Origin: a virus
Lineage: Duplodnaviria; Caudoviricetes
Strand: one strand, 5' to 3'
Length of the DNA: 25,916 nucleotides
IMG/VR virus record: IMGVR_UViG_3300030376_007034
Span: 1 to 25,916 of that record
A program made the position numbers and the translations under genes. This document shows positions 1 through 7,578 of the stretch, one piece after another; within the stretch, counting starts at the first letter, position 1, and each line of letters opens with the position of its first letter. The notes under the pieces are model-generated. The model did not search any database. It was not told where the DNA came from and worked only from the letters and a program-made list of their open reading frames with translations.

Positions 1-545
1 CTGACCACAACGAACGGACAGCAGAAGCCCTCAGTAAACTGGGGCCTGACGATATCCTCATTCACTTGGGAGATTTCGCCTTTGCTAATTATAGCGAAGC
101 TGCTGAGATCATGAACCGATGCCCAGCGCGAAGTAAGATCCTGCTGCTGGGTAACCATGACGCCCAGTCTTACTCCTACTACATCCGGCACGGGTTTACT
201 GCTGCAATGCAGACTATGACACTGGTGCATGGTGGTAAGAACATCTTATTCAGTCACCACCCCATGAGACGTTTAAGCTGGGGACCGTGTTTAGATCTTC
301 CTGATGGCATCGACCTTAACATTCACGGCCACCTGCATCTTCGCAACCACCGTGATGAGGAGTCAGCATGGCAGGATGAGAAAGATGAACGCTGGTTCCT
401 GCTCTCACATGAGGCAGTGGGCTACCGGCCTGTTCTGCTCGACGATATATTAGAGGGCAAGATCCCCCGTGTTCTCAAGGAGGATGCCATGAAGTATGTG
501 CATAATCCTGAGAAGGTATTCTTTGACCCTATCCCCAAGAACTAA
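1..545 (+). CDS. Calcineurin-like metallophosphoesterase (5' end truncated by window edge)
   Basis: Frame is open from base 3 (DHNERTAEALSKLGPDDILIHLGDF), so the TTG at 66 is internal. Carries the metallophosphoesterase motifs LGDF, LLGNHD, FSHHP and NIHGHLH. Confidence 0.9.
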   Translation, partial: DHNERTAEALSKLGPDDILIHLGDFAFANYSEAAEIMNRCPARSKILLLGNHDAQSYSYYIRHGFTAAMQTMTLVHGGKNILFSHHPMRRLSWGPCLDLPDGIDLNIHGHLHLRNHRDEESAWQDEKDERWFLLSHEAVGYRPVLLDDILEGKIPRVLKEDAMKYVHNPEKVFFDPIPKN

Positions 546-1033
546 TGGCTAGAATATATACTCCAGTGCGAGCCCTTGAACTCCCCGCCTTCCACGAGGT
601 GGAGGATGGAGAGGTGACCTGCCTCCCTGCAACCGAACAAGATCTGTTTGAAGCATCTGCGCTACTGAGCATGGCTCAAGACTGGTTCGATGCAGGACTA
701 TACCATTTTGGTAAGAAGCTTAGTCCTTACGATAATACAAAGCATTGTTTAACAGACGGTCTCTTTGTTTACTACCAAGTGGAAGCAGACATCCCGCCAC
801 CACGCAAGCGGATCGGGGGACCGGAAACCAAACGCTATCCTGTTTGGGTTCGCGGGACTTACGGAGGCGGGGGTCACTACTCCCGTTGGGAACCACCAGA
901 AGAACCGGCACCCGTCAACCCCGATGATGATTGCGGGTGCTTCCGTACACTAACGGATGCAGTTCATCACTCCATAATAGAGAGAGTAGATCAAATACTA
1001 ATAGAAGCTGTATATTGTCTCCCTTGCAAATAA
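545..1033 (+). CDS. Hypothetical phage protein (162 aa)
   Basis: ATG overlaps the upstream stop (TAATG coupling). Fills the gap in a co-oriented gene run. No recognised motif. Confidence 0.75.
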   Translation: MARIYTPVRALELPAFHEVEDGEVTCLPATEQDLFEASALLSMAQDWFDAGLYHFGKKLSPYDNTKHCLTDGLFVYYQVEADIPPPRKRIGGPETKRYPVWVRGTYGGGGHYSRWEPPEEPAPVNPDDDCGCFRTLTDAVHHSIIERVDQILIEAVYCLPCK

Positions 1034-1055
1034 GACAAACAACCAACACCAAAAC

Positions 1056-1634
1056 ATGAAGAATACATGCTACATCCTGCGCGGTTTACCGGGCACAGGT
1101 AAGTCCACGCTCGCTAGACTATTAAGCGCAGCCAATAATCCCGAATACTGTCTCGACAGTTTTCATGTTAGAACCTTCTCCACTGATGACCTGTTCATCA
1201 ATGAGGAAGGAGTCTACGAGTTTGATCCGTCGATGCTCAGACAGCATCATCAGGAGAACCTGCGACAAGCTACTGAGTTTATCAGTCGAGACCTACGTGA
1301 GGATCACGAAGAAATCCACATGACTCGCATTGCCATCATCGACAATACAAACGTCCAGCACTGGGAGTATGAACCCTACGTTACAGCCGCTGAAGAAGCA
1401 GGGTGGGATGTGCAGATCATCCCGCTCGCGTGGAATTACTATGACATCCCTGAATATGCAAAGAGAACAAAGCACGGTGTGCCTGAGGAGGCGATCCGGC
1501 GCATGGCAGATAGGTGGGAAGACCTCCCTAAGAAATACGTAGTCTTCCCCACCATCCATGACAAACTACGCGTCGATGGCCGGACCCAATGGAGCGCCCC
1601 GCCGTACGACAGCACTCAAACGTTTGACAAGTAA
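1056..1634 (+). CDS. P-loop kinase, AAA_33 / N4BP2-like polynucleotide kinase family
   Basis: Walker A RGLPGTGKST, STDD, IIDNTN and C-terminal RTKHGVPEEAIRRM, a motif set typical of AAA_33/N4BP2-like kinases. A/C-rich leader before the ATG. Confidence 0.85.
   Translation: MKNTCYILRGLPGTGKSTLARLLSAANNPEYCLDSFHVRTFSTDDLFINEEGVYEFDPSMLRQHHQENLRQATEFISRDLREDHEEIHMTRIAIIDNTNVQHWEYEPYVTAAEEAGWDVQIIPLAWNYYDIPEYAKRTKHGVPEEAIRRMADRWEDLPKKYVVFPTIHDKLRVDGRTQWSAPPYDSTQTFDK
1616..1630. repeat. Palindromic motif copy 1, TCAAACGTTTGACAA
   Basis: 12-bp perfect palindrome TCAAACGTTTGA plus CAA. Identical 15-mer at 2722-2736 and 5016-5030. Confidence 0.9.
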
Positions 1635-1654
1635 TCTCCAGACAACACTGAATC

Positions 1655-2218
1655 ATGAAACTAGAAACAGAAACACTAGAGGTAACTCTGTTCTTTAACA
1701 GATACCTGCCTGACAAGACGGCATCTTATAAACTGATGGATGAAATCATCGAAGCAGTCGAGGATGCAAAGCCAACTGATGCAACAAAGGACTTCCCTAC
1801 TGCTGACGTTATCCAAACAGATGAAGGCCCTCTCTATAAGAGAGACTTCTCTTGCACGTTCGGGGCACCAAAACCACATGGACCTATGTGGAAGGTGCGA
1901 CTGAGATGGATACGGGATATCTTTCGGTTCAGCATTGGCTATCGTATAACTGACTGGCTCACGTTCTGGAAGTGGGGGCCTTGGATAAAACCAAGTTTCT
2001 CAACCTATAACAGAGTAAAGTGTGAAGTTACGATTCAAAGCAACTGGCTATGTGCGTTTGTTGAGTACAAAGGTAAGTGCCATCCTATCGAACATTTCGA
2101 TATGTATGCTCTATACAAAAAGTTTCAGGGGATCGAAGGCTTCGATAGCTATGATGCTTTCGGGTCTGCTTCCTTCGGCTACATGGCTGACCTCAATGGC
2201 GACCTCATGTGCGCATAG
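1655..2218 (+). CDS. Hypothetical phage protein (187 aa, Trp/aromatic-rich centre)
   Basis: Long ORF in the co-oriented run with an A/C-rich leader. No recognised motif. Confidence 0.7.
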   Translation: MKLETETLEVTLFFNRYLPDKTASYKLMDEIIEAVEDAKPTDATKDFPTADVIQTDEGPLYKRDFSCTFGAPKPHGPMWKVRLRWIRDIFRFSIGYRITDWLTFWKWGPWIKPSFSTYNRVKCEVTIQSNWLCAFVEYKGKCHPIEHFDMYALYKKFQGIEGFDSYDAFGSASFGYMADLNGDLMCA

Positions 2219-2237
2219 CTTTTACGACAACCACACA

Positions 2238-2651
2238 ATGAAAAGCAAACAACTGGACCTTAGTCCTGAACGCAAGTCCCCCAACAAACGTAGGGAGAGA
2301 AACCACGTAGTGCATCTCAGGGATCCTGACCTGCACACGAAGATAAAGAAGAAAGAACCCGTGAGCCTGACTCCTGTATGGAATCCCTTTGATCCTTTAC
2401 CTGAGGATAATAAGAAGGGCAGACTACGCACTCTTATGGGAAAGATCATCAACGTAAGGCAATGGATGCCAGCTATCAAACGTTTGGCACAGCAACAGTT
2501 ACCGCTCATCGAGCTACGGGAACAACTGGCAAAGGAACAAGCTGACGTATGCAGACTGCTCAGGGATCTTGATTCCTGCACCCTGCCTACCGCAGCCGAC
2601 ACCGCCATCCAAAACTACTTAGACAGGAACAAGAAAAGACTTGACAAATAA
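2238..2651 (+). CDS. Hypothetical basic protein (start revised to ATG 2238, MKSKQLDLSP...)
   Basis: The ORF track start at 2022 overlaps the previous gene by about 200 bp. ATG 2238 is in frame, 19 bp after the upstream stop, and follows the A/C-rich leader ACGACAACCACACA. Confidence 0.65.
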   Translation: MKSKQLDLSPERKSPNKRRERNHVVHLRDPDLHTKIKKKEPVSLTPVWNPFDPLPEDNKKGRLRTLMGKIINVRQWMPAIKRLAQQQLPLIELREQLAKEQADVCRLLRDLDSCTLPTAADTAIQNYLDRNKKRLDK

Positions 2652-2669
2652 CTTATTATTTGTTATACT
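2641..2669 (+). promoter_or_regulatory. Sigma70-type promoter, TTGACA-N17-TATACT with extended -10 TG
   Basis: Perfect -35 TTGACA at 2641-2646, 17-bp spacer, TG at 2661-2662, -10 TATACT at 2664-2669. Lies directly upstream of the 2752-8420 gene run. Confidence 0.85.
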
Positions 2670-2720
2670 ATATGAACAGTTGGGAAAGGCATCTTAACTG
2701 TTCTTCAACCAAGTCAAGCG

Positions 2721-2736
2721 GTCAAACGTTTGACAA
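2721..2736. repeat. Palindromic motif copy 2, GTCAAACGTTTGAC(AA)
   Basis: 14-bp perfect palindrome at 2721-2734 in the leader between the promoter and GTG 2752. Confidence 0.9.
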
Positions 2737-2751
2737 TGCCAAAAAAGAAAA

Positions 2752-3684
2752 GTGAACGAAAATACACACACCACAGACAAGGCTGTTGTTCGTAAGACAG
2801 CAGCAAAGTACGGGGAAACATCAACCCCTAATCAGGCATCAACTAATCAGGGTGCATTGAGCATCGGCGCAACGCTGACAGTCAGCGCTACAGGCTGGGA
2901 CAAGACGCGCCGCAACAAGAAAGGAGAGGCAGAGTATGCTGCAAAGCATGGCACTGACCCCGCCGTCAACAAGATGATTAGCTCTATCACTGATAAGAAA
3001 TGGACTAAGGACATCAACGGGTATGTTGCGAAGGTCCGTAGAAGAGTGAATGAACTGACCCTGCCTTGGGATCAAGGGCAACGCCGAGTGCCAGCTCTCA
3101 TGGTTCCTAAGGTCATGAAGTACATAGCGGAGGCTAGAGCAGAGTATGACAGATTAGTCGAAAAGTTTGTGCAGAATTGGCCGGATATCCGCAAGGATTG
3201 CGAGGTCAAGCACAACGGAGACTTCGCTAAGTTTGCCCACCTCATCCCCGCAGCCGATGACCTCGACGCTGTTCGTCGCAGGTTTATCCTGTCCTTCAAC
3301 TGGAACTCCTTAGGAGGTCTTGAAGATATCCATGCTGATGTCCGTGAGATATGGGAGAACCAGCAGCAAGATCGCTTCAACGCTATCACAGAGCAACTCC
3401 GTGAGAGGTTCCGTGACAAGCTCAATCACCTTGCCTCCCGCTGCCTCGTAGCAGGAGATGAGGGCACACGTTGGGCCAAGTCTACCTTGGGTCACGTTGT
3501 GGAGCTGTGCGAAATGATACCATCCATGATGGAAGCGGAGTGGGTAGACAATGAGCTACTGCTCGCTATCGACAATGCCAAGCACATGCTGACTGGTGTG
3601 GATGATGACTCCATCAAAAGCTCCAAGATTGTAGCCAACGAAGTTCGTGCCAAGGCTACTGAGATTGCGAACTCACTTATGTAA
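2752..3684 (+). CDS. DUF3150-like helical protein, partner of the AAA+/VWA pair
   Basis: Pattern LTVSATGW...VNKMI...ELTLPWDQGQRRVP...YDRLVEKFVQNW resembles the DUF3150-like proteins that sit beside MoxR/CobS-like ATPases and VWA proteins in phages and ICEs. Family call is from recalled pattern and gene context. Confidence 0.6.
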   Translation: MNENTHTTDKAVVRKTAAKYGETSTPNQASTNQGALSIGATLTVSATGWDKTRRNKKGEAEYAAKHGTDPAVNKMISSITDKKWTKDINGYVAKVRRRVNELTLPWDQGQRRVPALMVPKVMKYIAEARAEYDRLVEKFVQNWPDIRKDCEVKHNGDFAKFAHLIPAADDLDAVRRRFILSFNWNSLGGLEDIHADVREIWENQQQDRFNAITEQLRERFRDKLNHLASRCLVAGDEGTRWAKSTLGHVVELCEMIPSMMEAEWVDNELLLAIDNAKHMLTGVDDDSIKSSKIVANEVRAKATEIANSLM

Positions 3685-3747
3685 TGAAGTTGGGGGGCCG
3701 CGCATCCATCAACAACGCGGGAAGAAAACAAAACAAAAACAAAAGAC

Positions 3748-4827
3748 ATGTCACATACGACAATTATATCCGAAGATATTGTAGAGGTTCTTGAAGTGAA
3801 CCTGAAGGAAGGTAACGAAAAGCCTGTGCTACTGCTTAGTCCACCGGGACCGGGTAAAGACGCACAAGTTACTAAGTTCGCTGCCAAGCAGGGGTTTCAT
3901 CTCATCGACTACCGTGTAACTCAGAAGACTCCGCAAGATGTGCGAGGGTTTCCTATGCCTAATCGGGAGACAAAGAAGATGGAGTATATGATCGATGAAG
4001 ACTTTGACTTCAGAGATGACAAGCCGAACTGTCTGTTCATCAACGAGATGCTGAATGGGGCGAGCGCTACGCAGCCTACACTCATGCAAGCTGTGCTGGA
4101 CAGACGCATTGGTCAGTTCTTCTTTCCAAAAGATACCTTCACTTGTGCTGCGTCTAACCGTGTGTCAGATAAGACAGGGGTCCAACGTATGATTGCTGCT
4201 CTGGCAGACAGGTTCAGCATCTTTCTCGTGGAGCCGAACCTCGATTCATACCTCCGCTATCTGGAGAACATCGGGTTGTATCCTGAGGTATATGCTTATT
4301 TACAGTGTAACCCTGAGGCACCATACGACTACGACATCAAGAAGTGGGACGGCGAGTCTAACTTCCCTACCTTCCGATCCTTCGACAGGCTGGGTGCTAT
4401 GGTCAACGCCTTCGACAGTCCCCGTGAACTGGCAGAGCACAGACTTGTTGTGCCGCTATGTCAGAGTAAGGTGGGTGAGAAGCACGGGCATATGTTCGCT
4501 GACTTCCTCAAGCTGACTTCCCAAGTCGGCGATGTGGACAAGATGCTGGAGGATGCAGACCGTTGTTCGATCCCCAACAAGATCGACATCGTGTGGCTCA
4601 TTGCTTGCCGCCTCATCTCCTTGGCTAATCAGAACAATCTCAAGCAGGTGCTTACTCTGGCACACCGCTTGACTGACCCCAACAAGAACAATCCCGACAA
4701 GCTCAACTCCTTGGAGTCCTTTGTCGGTACTTCTATTCAACGTGTGAAACCAGACTTGACCCGTACCAAAGTCCTTTTAGACTGGACGATCAAGCATGGG
4801 GACGCCCTCTCAGGAAAGCTCGACTAA
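3748..4827 (+). CDS. MoxR/AAA_5-like AAA+ ATPase with variant Walker motifs
   Basis: PVLLLSPPGPGKD (Walker A), DVRGFP, CLFINE (Walker B position), LMQAVLDRRIG, AASNR (sensor 1), ALADRF (Arg finger). Adjacent to a VWA protein. Confidence 0.88.
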   Translation: MSHTTIISEDIVEVLEVNLKEGNEKPVLLLSPPGPGKDAQVTKFAAKQGFHLIDYRVTQKTPQDVRGFPMPNRETKKMEYMIDEDFDFRDDKPNCLFINEMLNGASATQPTLMQAVLDRRIGQFFFPKDTFTCAASNRVSDKTGVQRMIAALADRFSIFLVEPNLDSYLRYLENIGLYPEVYAYLQCNPEAPYDYDIKKWDGESNFPTFRSFDRLGAMVNAFDSPRELAEHRLVVPLCQSKVGEKHGHMFADFLKLTSQVGDVDKMLEDADRCSIPNKIDIVWLIACRLISLANQNNLKQVLTLAHRLTDPNKNNPDKLNSLESFVGTSIQRVKPDLTRTKVLLDWTIKHGDALSGKLD

Positions 4828-5152
4828 CCTAGTCCATCACATTCTGAATCACGAATCATCTCCCGTGGTTATGTGGTCTACTACCGATCCTCTCGTTGTC
4901 AGCATGTACTTCTGGCTAAGGGATATGGGTAGTGACCACATGGTCAGGGATGGCGAGTCAAACATGAAACTCTCGCCGGAAGCAGATGAACTGCTGCGGA
5001 ATCATCGAGGGGTTGTCAAACGTTTGACAAGACTGAACAGGAAGAACAAACATGAAGACAGAAGACAAGATCGCCAAGGGCGATACATACATCACGACAC
5101 AGCACAGCTTCTTTGGTATGGCGGCGAACGCCATGCCCGTCGAGGTTGTTGA
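4796..5152 (+). CDS. Possible small hypothetical protein between the ATPase and VWA genes
   Basis: 118-aa ORF filling the 224-bp gap. It overlaps both neighbours (32 bp and about 100 bp) and its start is uncertain. Confidence 0.4.
   Translation: MGTPSQESSTNLVHHILNHESSPVVMWSTTDPLVVSMYFWLRDMGSDHMVRDGESNMKLSPEADELLRNHRGVVKRLTRLNRKNKHEDRRQDRQGRYIHHDTAQLLWYGGERHARRGC
5013..5030. repeat. Palindromic motif copy 3, TTGTCAAACGTTTGACAA
   Basis: 18-bp perfect palindrome ending 21 bp before ATG 5052. Confidence 0.9.
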
Positions 5153-6338
5153 TGACCCAAGCATCACAGCTTGGACAGACGGAATCAAGCGGGTCTATGG
5201 ACGGCAGTTCGTGGACGGCTTGACACTCAAACAGACTGTGGGACTTACAATCCACGAAGTGTTGCATCCATTCTTGCAGCACATCAAGCGACTGGCGAGG
5301 CAGTTCGAGGCCTGTAGTCACACAGCCAATTCAGCAGCCGACTACGAGATTAACAACTACGTTACTCTCTACAATCAGACTGCCACCATCCCCATCGTCC
5401 TACCACCGCAAGCTCTGGTGGATCTGGAAGAGCATGGGACCGAAGCCGCTGAAGTTATCTTCAAGAAGATATACAAGAAGAAAGATGGTGGTGGAGGAGG
5501 TGGTAAAGAACCATGCGATAAGCCAGACAAAGGTACAGGTCAAGGAGGTGGGCAAGGCAACAAGCCCTCCAACAAAAAGCCTGACAAAGACGGCAAAGGT
5601 GGAGGTTCACAGCAAGGTGAGCAACCGCAAGGTCCGTCCTCGCCGGGTGAGTTCAGGCCACCGAAAGAGAAGAGTAAGCTACAGGAAGTGGCTCGCAAGT
5701 GGACTGAGATCCTGACCAGTTCTATCCAAGTAGCCAAGCTACGTGGTAAGGGTGGAGGCAAGTTCATGGAGGCACTGGAGAAAATACTGGAGCCTCCTCT
5801 GGACATTGAGTCTTTGCTGGAGCCTTACATCAGTGAGTTCTGTGTAGCAGCGGAAGACCCCACTCGTTTGGACAAACGTATGGTTGGATACTACGACCTT
5901 TGTGTACGTGGTATCGAAGGTGAGCGTCATGGCACTATCGTCTATGTCAAAGACACCAGCGGTAGTATGGACCGTGAGACACTGGAGTCTGTCATGGGTG
6001 TGGTGCAGACCATATCCGACAGGCTCAACCCTGACCGTATCATCGTCATTGATGTGGATGCCAAGGTGCAACACGTTGAGGAGTTCACACCGGGCGAAGA
6101 TATACCCATCGAAGCCAAGGGCAGGGGAGGCACTGACTTCCGTCCTGCGTTTGACTTCATCGAGAACAATCTGGAGGAGGCCCGTGTCATCATCTACGCG
6201 ACTGATGGTTATGGCCCCTTCCCAGAAGAAGAACCAGATACACCTACCCTGTGGTTGTCATGGGGTAAGGACGAAGATGCTTACCCCTTCGGGCAGGTGG
6301 TAGACATCAAGCAACTAATTGCCCAAGCTAGAAAGTAG
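5052..6338 (+). CDS. DUF2201-family protein: N-terminal HExxH metallopeptidase-like domain, Gly/Lys/Gln linker, C-terminal VWA domain
   Basis: TAWTDG, IHEVLH (HExxH at 5253-5267), ANSAADYEIN, low-complexity GGGG/KPDK linker, MIDAS DTSGS (5952-5966), GRGGTDFRPAF, YATDGYG. Confidence 0.9.
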   Translation: MKTEDKIAKGDTYITTQHSFFGMAANAMPVEVVDDPSITAWTDGIKRVYGRQFVDGLTLKQTVGLTIHEVLHPFLQHIKRLARQFEACSHTANSAADYEINNYVTLYNQTATIPIVLPPQALVDLEEHGTEAAEVIFKKIYKKKDGGGGGGKEPCDKPDKGTGQGGGQGNKPSNKKPDKDGKGGGSQQGEQPQGPSSPGEFRPPKEKSKLQEVARKWTEILTSSIQVAKLRGKGGGKFMEALEKILEPPLDIESLLEPYISEFCVAAEDPTRLDKRMVGYYDLCVRGIEGERHGTIVYVKDTSGSMDRETLESVMGVVQTISDRLNPDRIIVIDVDAKVQHVEEFTPGEDIPIEAKGRGGTDFRPAFDFIENNLEEARVIIYATDGYGPFPEEEPDTPTLWLSWGKDEDAYPFGQVVDIKQLIAQARK

Positions 6339-6351
6339 AAAGAAAAGTAAA

Positions 6352-7578
6352 ATGACAATAAGCGCAATACTGAATCATTTGATTCAAGATCCCTACGGTA
6401 AATACTCTAACCCGTATTTCCGTAGTATTGACGGGGTATTATTTACCAAACGAAATAGTGGTTGGCTGGGCAGACCGTCCGATCCCGAAGCATTGAAACT
6501 AAAGCTGTATGGCCTAGACATAGATGAACCCAACGATAACGGGTATGTCTATTGTGGCGAACCACACTGGGTTGTCGCAGCAGTAGTTGAAGACGGGGTG
6601 CTGTTGACTACCTCTTACTTCCATGACTTCAGTGCTGAAAGGAACCGTGGAACTGTCAGTTCGGCTAAGACTGACTTCCTGAAATACCTGACTACAGGTC
6701 TAGAAGAGTGGAGAGACCCCGACGATGTGCCACACTACGATACCAGAGGAGGGAAGCGCCGCTGCGATGCGACTAAAGTTCCGTGGCAGAACCGAATCCA
6801 TATCCGCATACCAGAGGGTTATCCTGTTGTCCTCAGGCCTCGCGCCCAGAGAATGGCTGACAAGTATGGTATGATCCGTATGTGTATTGAGAAAGCTCTC
6901 GATAAGTATCGGAGAAAGTGCAACGTGCCCTCTACTTGGGGTGAAGATATTGAGCACACTGAGAAAGAATGGTTTGCTCTAGTTCTCCAATTCGCACTGT
7001 GTGGTATTGCTAAGAGAATCGTAGATGCTGAGAACAAGTTTGCTGGAGCTTTGACGAAGGTGGCCTTTGATGTCGGGACAGACATTACGCCTGAGGTAGA
7101 CGCAGTCCAAGAAGCCCTCTCAGATAGTGACTACGATTTAGCAACTGAGTACTTCAACGAGTTGCAGGATAAAGTAGATACATTGCACAACCTTATTTAT
7201 CAAGGGGGCCAAGATATGAACGGGGCCTTCGACAACACGAACCGCCTACTTCTACCTTGCATGCCTTGGTACGGTGATGATGAGGAGACTAAAGAGTCTA
7301 CCATCCAGCGTGTGAGGAAGTTGAGCGAAGGGGGTTATGTACATCGACAAGAAAGTGTTATACGCATCCAACTAAAAGATAGGGATCTATTTGAAGCGTG
7401 GAAAGACTTGTCAATTCTTTGCCGCAATCTTGGGATGCCTGTTTCTCCCCCGCATGGAGTCGATGTAATCAAACCCAACAGGGGCAAACTTGCAGCCTTG
7501 TATCCCGCGCTTGAGCAAGAGATAGTAGATGCCCACCACCCAGAGCCGCAACAAAGCACTGAACAATTACTAGGGTAA
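6352..7578 (+). CDS. Hypothetical protein (about 408 aa; start revised to ATG 6352)
   Basis: Long ORF. ATG 6352 follows the A-rich spacer AAAGAAAAGTAAA after the upstream stop. No recognised motif. Confidence 0.8.
   Translation: MTISAILNHLIQDPYGKYSNPYFRSIDGVLFTKRNSGWLGRPSDPEALKLKLYGLDIDEPNDNGYVYCGEPHWVVAAVVEDGVLLTTSYFHDFSAERNRGTVSSAKTDFLKYLTTGLEEWRDPDDVPHYDTRGGKRRCDATKVPWQNRIHIRIPEGYPVVLRPRAQRMADKYGMIRMCIEKALDKYRRKCNVPSTWGEDIEHTEKEWFALVLQFALCGIAKRIVDAENKFAGALTKVAFDVGTDITPEVDAVQEALSDSDYDLATEYFNELQDKVDTLHNLIYQGGQDMNGAFDNTNRLLLPCMPWYGDDEETKESTIQRVRKLSEGGYVHRQESVIRIQLKDRDLFEAWKDLSILCRNLGMPVSPPHGVDVIKPNRGKLAALYPALEQEIVDAHHPEPQQSTEQLLG

Noticed and set aside
2022-2237. N-terminal extension of the 2022-2651 ORF
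   Set aside because: Overlaps the 1655-2218 gene in another frame; ATG 2238 fits better.
3682-3748. Stop-codon readthrough fusing the DUF3150-like protein to the ATPase
   Set aside because: The genes are in frame, but tandem TAA-TGA stops make readthrough unlikely, and the ATPase has its own A-rich leader and ATG.
1616-5030. Repeated palindrome as CRISPR repeat or as -35 promoter boxes
   Set aside because: Copies are 15 bp and over 1 kb apart with no spacer periodicity. Although each contains TTGACA, no good -10 hexamer lies 16-18 bp downstream on the + strand.
5480-5660. GGT/GGA-rich low-complexity tract as a DNA repeat
   Set aside because: Explained by the Gly/Lys/Gln linker typical of DUF2201 proteins.
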